A stretch of 32,000 nt of DNA. Origin: Vicinamibacterales bacterium. GTDB taxonomy: Bacteria > Acidobacteriota > Vicinamibacteria > Vicinamibacterales > UBA2999. A program made the translations under genes and the position numbers. The DNA lies in contig JBOGIW010000125.1 of assembly GCA_050748045.1 (NCBI GenBank), positions 1,453-33,452 of the forward strand, in the 5' to 3' direction. This document shows, in pieces, positions 7,381-13,943 of this stretch. The notes beneath the pieces were generated by a model, which made no database searches, was not told the DNA's origin, and saw only the letters and a list, made by a program, of their open reading frames with translations. The first letter of the stretch is position 1; each line of letters opens with the position of its first letter.

Positions 7381-10300
7381 CTATATGCCTCCATCGTCGA
7401 GGATCGTCGTGTCGTCCTTCGCGTCGCCCGGCGCCGTGCCGGCGTAGGTGTCGGAGCTCAGCACGACCTGATCGAACATCACACCGTCTTCGCGCTGCTG
7501 GACTCGCAGGCGCTGCGTCCCGGTGGTATTGAAGTACACGGGGGCTCCCACGTCGCACCAGCCGCCGTCGTGCCAGCCCCAGCCGCGCCGGCCGGCGCCG
7601 TCGCACTGTTCGAGCACGACCGGCATGCTGTTGGTCGTGCCGATGCGGTAGATGGCCGCGCCGGACGCGTTGACCGAGCGGTTGAACTGCACGTGCAGCG
7701 AGTCGTTCGCCGCGCGGTCGCCCGCGGCCCTCATGCGAATCCAGAACCAGTACGGCACGCCCGCCGCGGCGTCGAAGGTGAGCTCGACGTAGCTCCGGGG
7801 ATTGGCGTACGCCGTGATGCGCTTCGCCTCGCCAATATCAGGGTTCTCGATGGCGATGCCGCCCGCGGCGCTCGCTACGCTCACGCGTTGGAACCGCGTT
7901 CCCCCGAAGTTCGCCGCCGGCACGTCCGCCGCGCGCAGAACTATCTCGGCGAGATCGTCCGGCGCGTCGTTCGTCGCGCTCGAGCCACCCACGGAGGCCG
8001 TTGTCGCGGCCGTCGCCTCCTGCCCCACCGAGTCGGTCACCCAGAGCCGAACCGGATAGGTGCCCGGACGGCGATAGGTATGCCTCGCGGTGATGCCCGT
8101 GTCGGCGCCAAGCGTCGTCGGCACGATGGTGGTGTCCACCTTCAGGAGGCCGGGCGAGCGGTCGGAATAGCGGTCGGCGCTGATGACGATTTGATCGAAC
8201 ATGACGCCGTCCTCGCGCTGCTGGATCCGCATCGTCTGGCGCCCGGAGGCCTGGAAGTAGACCGGGGCGCCAGGCTCGCACCAGCCGCCGTCGTTCCAGC
8301 CCCAGCCGTTCCGGCCGGCTCCATCGCACTTCTCCAGGACGACCGGCATGCTGGCGGTCGTGCCGATGCGGTGGATGGCCGTGCCCGACGCGTTGACGGA
8401 GCGGTTGAACTGCACGTGCAGCGAATCGTTCGCCGAGGCGTTGCCCGCCGCCCGCATGCGGAGCCAGACGCGGTACGGCACGCCGGCGCCCGCCTCGAAG
8501 GTCAGCTCCACGTGGCTCGTCGGGTTGGCATACGCGGTCACCCGCTTGGCTTCGCCCGCGTTGGGGTTCTCGATGGCCACGCCGCCGGCCGCCCCGCTCA
8601 CGTTCACGCGCCGAAACCGCGTGCCATGGAAGTTCGCCGCGGGCACGTCCGCCGCGCGGAGCAGAATGTCGTCCCCGAAGTGCCAGTCGTAGCGGACGAG
8701 CGGCGCCTCGGCATCGGTCGACGCGCTGCCGTCCACGGTCAGCGCCGTACCCGCGGTGGCCGTGTAAGGCCCACCTGCCCTCGCGACGGGAGGCTGGTTC
8801 GCGGGCGGGTCGTCGGAGCCTCCGCCGTCACCGCCCCCGCTGCCTGTGTCACCGTCCGATGTGCCCACGCTCTGCGCGGTTTCGAGCTCGCCGATGTCGG
8901 CGCCGATGTCCCGGCCGTCGGTCGCGCGGTTGTTGTAGCGGCTCGACGACGTGAGACGCCAGTCGCCGGCCGCGGCGCTCACAAAGTGCGTGAGGAACTC
9001 CGCGGCGGGTGGAAAGTAGTTGCCCGACGGATACGCCGACGCCGACCCGCCCGCGAGCACGTTGCCTCGGAACACGGCGCCTGGAAAGAACGTGTTCAGC
9101 GTCGCATTCCCCGTCGCCGTTGCCTGCCCCTTGATGCCGTACGTGTTGTGCCGGGACATGTTGTTGGTGAACACGAAGCCCGTGACGGCGCCGGCCATGA
9201 TGTCGACCACCGTCCCCTCGTGCTCGATCGTGTTGTGATTGACGACGACGGTGGCGGGCGCCTCGGAGATGGAGAGGAAGCGCCCGGTGTTGCCGTACTC
9301 GTTGTCGAGGTTCTCGAACACGTTGTTGCGGATCGTGATGTTGCGCGCCTGCTGGCTCGTGTGGGTGTAGTCGCGCCCGAGAATGTGGATGCCGGCGGCG
9401 ACGTTCCGGACGATGTTGTTCGAAAAGGTCACGTCGCGGACAACCGACCAGGGCGCGGTGCCCGACTGGTTCCTCACCGAGAAGAGGATGGCGAACCCCT
9501 GCTGGAATCCGGCCCAGTTGTACTCGAAGACGTTGCCGTCGATCGTCACACGCTGCGCGTTCTTCAGCTCAAGCAGATTCTTCGAGGTCCACTTCGTGCC
9601 GGTCGTCCGGGGCGTCCCCGAGCGTTCGTTGGCGCCGGTATACGTGAACGTCGTCTGCCTGCCCGTGGTCTCGAGGTATCTCGTCTGGCCGTTCGACGAG
9701 GTCCCCCGGTAGATGCGGTACTTGTCCGCCTTCGCGACGGACGGCCACGACAGCGTGACAGACCGCCCGGAGGTGACGGCGATCGACACTTCGGCCGATC
9801 CCGCCGAGTAGCCGTGCCCGCCGCCTGACGCAATGACCGCGGCGACTTTGAAGTAGTGCGTCCCGGAGGAGAGCGACCCGGTGGTGCTCGACAGGGACGC
9901 CGCCGGCCGCGACGGCGTCGCGAGGATCGGGTTGCGCCACGCCAGGTCCTTCGACAGGTAGTTGCCGCGAACCACGATGTCGCTCGGCACGAGATTCAGG
10001 ATCTTGGGATCGTCGCCGCCGAACATGAGGTTCTCCCCCGCCGCCTCGAGGTGGTTGTTGATGATGCGGTACGGCCCGGGACCATTGGTGCCGCCGATTG
10101 CCTGCGAGTCGGAGAAGCTGAAGAAGTCGTCGAAGTAGCTGTTCAGGATGTCGGTCGACGCGCTGTTCAGGTAGATGCCGCGCTTCATCCCCTTCGCCGG
10201 GTGTCCGTGCAGCCAGACGCGATCGATCGCGATCGAGTGCGGCACCTGCGAGAGCGACGTCTGCCCCACGCTCGCGCCAAGCGCCACGAGCGTCTCGTAG

Positions 10301-10737
10301 CCGACGTTGGCGAGCCCGTCGATCTCGACGAACTGGATCCGGTAGTGGTGCGCGCCGGCGGCCGTCCTGAAGATTGGCACCGACTTGCCGGTGCCGCCGA
10401 CGCCGACGAGGCGCGGCAAGGCGCTCCGCCGCGTGTTCCAGCCCGGCTTCCCCTCGGGAATCAGCCGCACGCCCGCCGGCGGAAAGTTCGAGTCGCCCGC
10501 ATCGGATCTGATCGTGATGAACTGGGTTGACGAGGTGTTCTTGTTCCGCAGGATGTAGTTGCCGGTGAACGTCTGCCCGGCCCGCAGCAGGATCCGGTCG
10601 CCTGGCGCCGCCGCGTCGATGGCTGCCTGCACGCTCGAGTACTGACATCCGCTCGAACAGACGGTGCGATCGGCTCCTTCGGCAAGGCCTCCAGACAGCA
10701 GCAGTGCGCACACGAACAGACGAGTCGCGAATCGCAT
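7381..10737 (-). CDS. secreted right-handed parallel beta-helix protein with FN3-like insert, split PKD domain and two CBM-like beta-sandwich domains
   Basis: 1118-aa ORF with AGGAGA before the ATG. Signal peptide MRFATRLFVCALLLSGGLAEGA. Beta-helix-type repeats (…ITIRNNVFENL…VVVNHNTIEH…FVFTNNMS…FRGNVLAG…). FN3-like block SVTLSWPSVAKADKYRIYRG. PKD halves WHFGDD and HTYRRPGTYPVRLWVTD. There are two 182-aa repeats. Confidence 0.85.
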   Translation of the reverse strand: MRFATRLFVCALLLSGGLAEGADRTVCSSGCQYSSVQAAIDAAAPGDRILLRAGQTFTGNYILRNKNTSSTQFITIRSDAGDSNFPPAGVRLIPEGKPGWNTRRSALPRLVGVGGTGKSVPIFRTAAGAHHYRIQFVEIDGLANVGYETLVALGASVGQTSLSQVPHSIAIDRVWLHGHPAKGMKRGIYLNSASTDILNSYFDDFFSFSDSQAIGGTNGPGPYRIINNHLEAAGENLMFGGDDPKILNLVPSDIVVRGNYLSKDLAWRNPILATPSRPAASLSSTTGSLSSGTHYFKVAAVIASGGGHGYSAGSAEVSIAVTSGRSVTLSWPSVAKADKYRIYRGTSSNGQTRYLETTGRQTTFTYTGANERSGTPRTTGTKWTSKNLLELKNAQRVTIDGNVFEYNWAGFQQGFAILFSVRNQSGTAPWSVVRDVTFSNNIVRNVAAGIHILGRDYTHTSQQARNITIRNNVFENLDNEYGNTGRFLSISEAPATVVVNHNTIEHEGTVVDIMAGAVTGFVFTNNMSRHNTYGIKGQATATGNATLNTFFPGAVFRGNVLAGGSASAYPSGNYFPPAAEFLTHFVSAAAGDWRLTSSSRYNNRATDGRDIGADIGELETAQSVGTSDGDTGSGGGDGGGSDDPPANQPPVARAGGPYTATAGTALTVDGSASTDAEAPLVRYDWHFGDDILLRAADVPAANFHGTRFRRVNVSGAAGGVAIENPNAGEAKRVTAYANPTSHVELTFEAGAGVPYRVWLRMRAAGNASANDSLHVQFNRSVNASGTAIHRIGTTASMPVVLEKCDGAGRNGWGWNDGGWCEPGAPVYFQASGRQTMRIQQREDGVMFDQIVISADRYSDRSPGLLKVDTTIVPTTLGADTGITARHTYRRPGTYPVRLWVTDSVGQEATAATTASVGGSSATNDAPDDLAEIVLRAADVPAANFGGTRFQRVSVASAAGGIAIENPDIGEAKRITAYANPRSYVELTFDAAAGVPYWFWIRMRAAGDRAANDSLHVQFNRSVNASGAAIYRIGTTNSMPVVLEQCDGAGRRGWGWHDGGWCDVGAPVYFNTTGTQRLRVQQREDGVMFDQVVLSSDTYAGTAPGDAKDDTTILDDGGI
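7399..7944 (-). repeat. intragenic repeat, C-terminal copy of a 182-aa CBM-like domain
   Basis: IVLRAADVPAANFGGTRF…REDGVMFDQVVLSSD…DDTTIL aligns without gaps to the copy at 8122-8667. By eye about two-thirds of residues are identical, and DNA identity is ~80 percent over ~470 nt (7470-7941 vs 8193-8667). Confidence 0.9.
8122..8667 (-). repeat. intragenic repeat, N-terminal copy of the 182-aa CBM-like domain (nested inside the PKD domain)
   Basis: ILLRAADVPAANFHGTRF…REDGVMFDQIVISAD…VDTTIV. It is flanked by the PKD N-half (8668-8793) and the PKD C-half (7990-8121). Confidence 0.9.
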
Positions 10738-10904
10738 CAGATCTCCTGAGGTTATGGATGGGTTCCGGCCGCGACCGGGCTCAAGGCAAGTACCCGGCCA
10801 CGTCCGGTTCGCCAGGCGTGTCAGAAAACAACGCCTGATCGGGCTGTGAGCCCGCAGGGGACGTTCACGAACACAACTGAGCCAAAAAACTTACTTACAC
10901 GGCA

Positions 10905-10927
10905 CGCGATCCGCAATCCGCGGTCCG
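10905..10927. repeat. heptamer-repeat element, locus 2 (left arm of a perfect 23-bp inverted repeat)
   Basis: CGCGATCCGCAATCCGCGGTCCG is the exact reverse complement of 11343-11365. On the minus strand it is followed ~15 nt later by a T6 run (10883-10888). Confidence 0.85.
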
Positions 10928-11342
10928 CGATGCGGTGTAGACCTGCGCCCGGGGGGAGGCCCTTTTTCTTGCCGTACACCCGGCTCGCGAAGTTCAGGCT
11001 GTTGCGCGGCTACGACTCGATTCCAGCGATGCGCAAAAGCGCGGGCGATGACCGCGTCGGACAACCACATGCCCGCCGATGAGTGGAGATGCGTTGACGA
11101 TGAGGACGTCAGGCATCCCCCAGCTCTCGGGCGAGGTCCTGCTCATCGACGATGAACACGTCGACACGCCGGCGAGCGAGCTCGGCGAGAAGCTCGGCCC
11201 GAGTCATGCCGGCGCGGTTTGAGTGCCGCGGCAAACTGCGAGATCGATGCAGGTCTGCTTACTGTCCGTCCGCCTCGACGTTACAATCGACGCGTAAGAG
11301 GCGGATCGTGGATTGCGACTGCAAGGTGCGTAGTGCGAACCC

Positions 11343-11376
11343 CGGACCGCGGATTGCGGATCGCGGATCGCGGATC
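11343..11376. repeat. heptamer-repeat element, locus 3 (right arm of inverted repeat plus extra GATCGCG units)
   Basis: CGGACCGCGGATTGCGGATCGCGGATCGCGGATC abuts the TAG stop (11377-11379, minus strand) of the beta-helix paralog. Locus 1 sits in the same position relative to its gene. Confidence 0.85.
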
Positions 11377-13011
11377 CTACGGCTCCGGGAGCAGCTTCAG
11401 CAGATCGAAGACCGGCTCGAGGCGCGCGCAGTCGGCTCCCTTCCCGGGACTCCACTCCGCGCAGGCGTCGGCGGTCAGCCTGGCGGTCATGGCCGCACGG
11501 GAGGCGCTGACGTTCGCATCGCCGCCGTTCCTGTACGTGTTGTAGCGTGCCAGGTGCGCCGGCGGCGCGTCGCCGATGACGTTGCCCGCAATCTGCAGAT
11601 CCGCAGCGACGAACGCGTCGAGACCGGTGCCGTAGTGGTGGCCGTCGGGCGCCGTGATCCCGTAGCGGCCGTTGCTCGTGAAGACGTTGTCCACGAGCCA
11701 GACCCCTTCCATCGGCCCGCCAGGCGTGGAGGCCTCGCCCGTGGGCCAGGCGCGGCCGTAGGAGCCGGTCAGCCACGCCGGCCCCCGGTTGATGAACGTC
11801 GACCGCTCGATGCGGATGTCGTGGCGGTCCAGCACGTTGGCGATCTCGATCGTGCGCCCGGGCCTCGAGAGCTGCACGTACACGTTCCTGAGCGTCACGT
11901 CGCGGAGCTTCCCGTCGTTGTGGCTGTTGCGCTGCCACGAGTAGCCCTGGAAGGAAACGCCGGCGGCGACGTTCAGCATGACGAGGTCCTCGATGAGCAC
12001 GTGCTCGAGGTTCCCGCACTGGGGGCATCGGCCGTTCGTCGTGTAGTTGACGAGGAGGCCCGTGCCGTCCTGGGCGGCGCGCCAGGTGTTGACGGCGAGG
12101 ACGCGCCGCACGGTGATGTTCCGTCCGTGCTTGAGCTCGAGCAGGTTCTTGACCTGGCGGTTGCGGCCGTCCTGCTGCCAGCGCAGCGGCTTGTGCAGGA
12201 TGACGTCTTCGATCAGCCAGTCCTCCGGCAGCATCTCCGCCGAGGCGATCGGCGCACCGCCGATGATCACGTTCTCCGCGCCGGCGGCGAGATAGGAATG
12301 CCGGACGCGGACCCGCTGTCCTCCATTCCACGATCCGACGCACTGCGCGTCCTGCCCGGCGACGAAGATCTCCTCGCACCACACCTGCCGGATGTCGATG
12401 TCCCGGCCGTTGGCCGAGATCCCGCGCTTCTGGCCGAACTGGCGGCTGCCCTGCAAGAGCACCTGCCGGATCGTGATGTGGCGCGCCATGTTGGCAGCCT
12501 CACGCTCGCTGCCCGACCCAATCCGGATGAGCTCGCCCTGCCCCGCGGGCGGAATCGCCTCGAAGGCGAGGCCCACGAGGTTGAGATGGCCTCCCGTGGG
12601 GCCATTCTGGATCTCGATGCCTGCATTGGAGCGGGCGGAGCCCCGCAGCACCGCCATGCGCGGCTTGTCGTCCGGCGTCACCAGGCCGTCCCAGCCGTCG
12701 CCTTTGTCCTTCCACCCGCGCGTGGTGATCGTGAGGCGCGTCTCGGCGTCGGCGCCAGGCTTGGGCTTGACGACGATCGTGCCGTCGTAGACCTTGCCGG
12801 GATCGAGGGTGAGCGTGGTGCCGGCCGGCACGGCGTCGATGGCCGCCTGGAGCGCCTCCGCGCACGCCGGGCCGCTCGTGACGCACGGGACGTGGACCAC
12901 GTCGCGCGGGGCGCCGTCTCCCCATGCGAAGAGCACGAGCAGCGCGCCGATCACGGGCGGTCCGGCTTGCGCAGCTCGAACACGGTGACGCTGGCGTAGG
13001 TGCGGAGCCAC
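11377..13011 (-). CDS. secreted right-handed beta-helix protein, shorter paralog of 7381-10737
   Basis: The reading frame is open to 13404 but has no ATG near the domain start. GTG at 13011 gives MAPHLRQRHRVRAAQAGPPVIGALLVLFAWG, with a positive n-region and a hydrophobic core. The alternative GTG at 12954 forms a GTGA overlap with the methyltransferase stop. Blocks homologous to the large paralog include ALQAAIDAVPAGTTL vs VQAAIDAAAPGDRIL, KNLLELKHGRNITV vs KNLLELKNAQRVTI, and AAGAENVIIGG vs AAGENLMFGG. Confidence 0.8.
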   Translation of the reverse strand: MAPHLRQRHRVRAAQAGPPVIGALLVLFAWGDGAPRDVVHVPCVTSGPACAEALQAAIDAVPAGTTLTLDPGKVYDGTIVVKPKPGADAETRLTITTRGWKDKGDGWDGLVTPDDKPRMAVLRGSARSNAGIEIQNGPTGGHLNLVGLAFEAIPPAGQGELIRIGSGSEREAANMARHITIRQVLLQGSRQFGQKRGISANGRDIDIRQVWCEEIFVAGQDAQCVGSWNGGQRVRVRHSYLAAGAENVIIGGAPIASAEMLPEDWLIEDVILHKPLRWQQDGRNRQVKNLLELKHGRNITVRRVLAVNTWRAAQDGTGLLVNYTTNGRCPQCGNLEHVLIEDLVMLNVAAGVSFQGYSWQRNSHNDGKLRDVTLRNVYVQLSRPGRTIEIANVLDRHDIRIERSTFINRGPAWLTGSYGRAWPTGEASTPGGPMEGVWLVDNVFTSNGRYGITAPDGHHYGTGLDAFVAADLQIAGNVIGDAPPAHLARYNTYRNGGDANVSASRAAMTARLTADACAEWSPGKGADCARLEPVFDLLKLLPEP

Positions 13012-13769
13012 GGGTGCGCAGCGAGCAGACGGCTGTCGAGCGCGCGCGTGCGGGCCTGGAACGAGTCCGACGCGCCGAGGATCGCCGCCAGCCTGACGAA
13101 CGGCAGCATGAACTCGCGATGTCGTCCGGCCTCGAACGGCCGGCTGAACGACGAGATTTCCGATCGGAAGAGCGGGCGCTCGAACGGCGACACGTCCCGC
13201 TGGCGGTACGGGACGAGCGGCCGGATCGCCCGCAGGAGGCGCGACTCGCGGATCGGCTCCATGAAGATCGCACGGCCGCCCGGGCGCAGGACGCGGTGAA
13301 CCTCCCGCGACGCCGGCACGAGATCGAGATGGTGCAGCACGGCATGGCCGACGACCAGATCGACCGCCTCGTCGGCCAGCGGAATCGCGTGCGCCGATCC
13401 GCACAGGACGCGCACCGAGTCCTGGAAGCCGTCAGCGAGGGTGCGCATCGCCGCGCGCTGCAGCAGGTCCGGCGACAGATCGAGCGCATAGACGCGCGCA
13501 CCTCTCGACGCGAGGAGCGACGTGTCGCCCCCGTCGCCGCAGCCGTAGTCGAGCACCGTCTGGCCGCGGATGTCGCCCACGAGGTGATAGGCGTACTCGA
13601 GCGGGAACGGCGTGTCGGCCGGCGGATTCGCGTACCGGTGCAGCACGCGCGGAGAGGTCTGCCGCACGCCCTGGCTCAGGGAGGCCTGCACGCGGCTCCT
13701 CGCCACCTCGGCGCGTTCCCATTCCACCAGGACCGGTGCCTTGACAGCGCTCATCGGCGGGGCGTTCAT
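12951..13769 (-). CDS. class I SAM-dependent methyltransferase
   Basis: ORF 12951-13895 trimmed to the ATG at 13769; ATG 13754 is also possible. Motif I VLDYGCGDGG, then ALDLSPDLL, VDLVVGHAVLHHL and LRPGGRAIFMEP. Its stop overlaps the downstream beta-helix gene. Confidence 0.85.
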   Translation of the reverse strand: MNAPPMSAVKAPVLVEWERAEVARSRVQASLSQGVRQTSPRVLHRYANPPADTPFPLEYAYHLVGDIRGQTVLDYGCGDGGDTSLLASRGARVYALDLSPDLLQRAAMRTLADGFQDSVRVLCGSAHAIPLADEAVDLVVGHAVLHHLDLVPASREVHRVLRPGGRAIFMEPIRESRLLRAIRPLVPYRQRDVSPFERPLFRSEISSFSRPFEAGRHREFMLPFVRLAAILGASDSFQARTRALDSRLLAAHPWLRTYASVTVFELRKPDRP

Positions 13770-13943
13770 GCAAGGAGCGAACCCGGCCGCCAACCTCGAC
13801 CGTCGGGCGGCGGATGGACAATCTCTGCTCAGATCTCGGCAAGGCTCCGCCCGTTCTGTGCTATGTTCCACCCCCTGCGCGCGGAAGGCTCGCATCGCGG
13901 GCAGGCCCGAGCCGCAATCCGGGTGATTGCGTCAACATCCGCC

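Noticed and set aside
7336-9828. Very long ORFs antisense to, or out of frame with, the genes I call. Examples are 7336-9828 (+, 830 aa), 13932-16364 (-, 810 aa), 1808-3637 (+), 4031-5488 (+), 16247-17758 (-), 17761-19239 (-), 21760-23715 (-), 29061-30614 (+) and 11152-12999 (+).
   Set aside because: Their translations are Arg/Ala/Pro/Gly-rich and low in complexity, with no recognisable motifs. Each lies opposite an ORF that has clear family signatures. This is the typical shadow-ORF artefact of a very GC-rich genome with few stop codons.
10846-11082. The 78-aa + strand ORF in the inverted-repeat island.
   Set aside because: It has no SD or motif support, and it spans one arm of the repeat element (10905-10927). 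It is most likely spurious.
12924-13943. Long N-terminal extensions of track ORFs: 12924-16412, 17197-19245, 18354-20459, 20365-22425, 11377-13404, 2108-3769, 3854-5842 and 24494-25192.
   Set aside because: The extensions overlap neighbouring, well-supported genes, and their translations are Arg-rich and low in complexity, like the shadow ORFs. Conserved domain starts coincide with internal ATG/GTG codons that give the short gaps or overlaps typical of operons. I trimmed the starts accordingly; they remain less certain than the stops.
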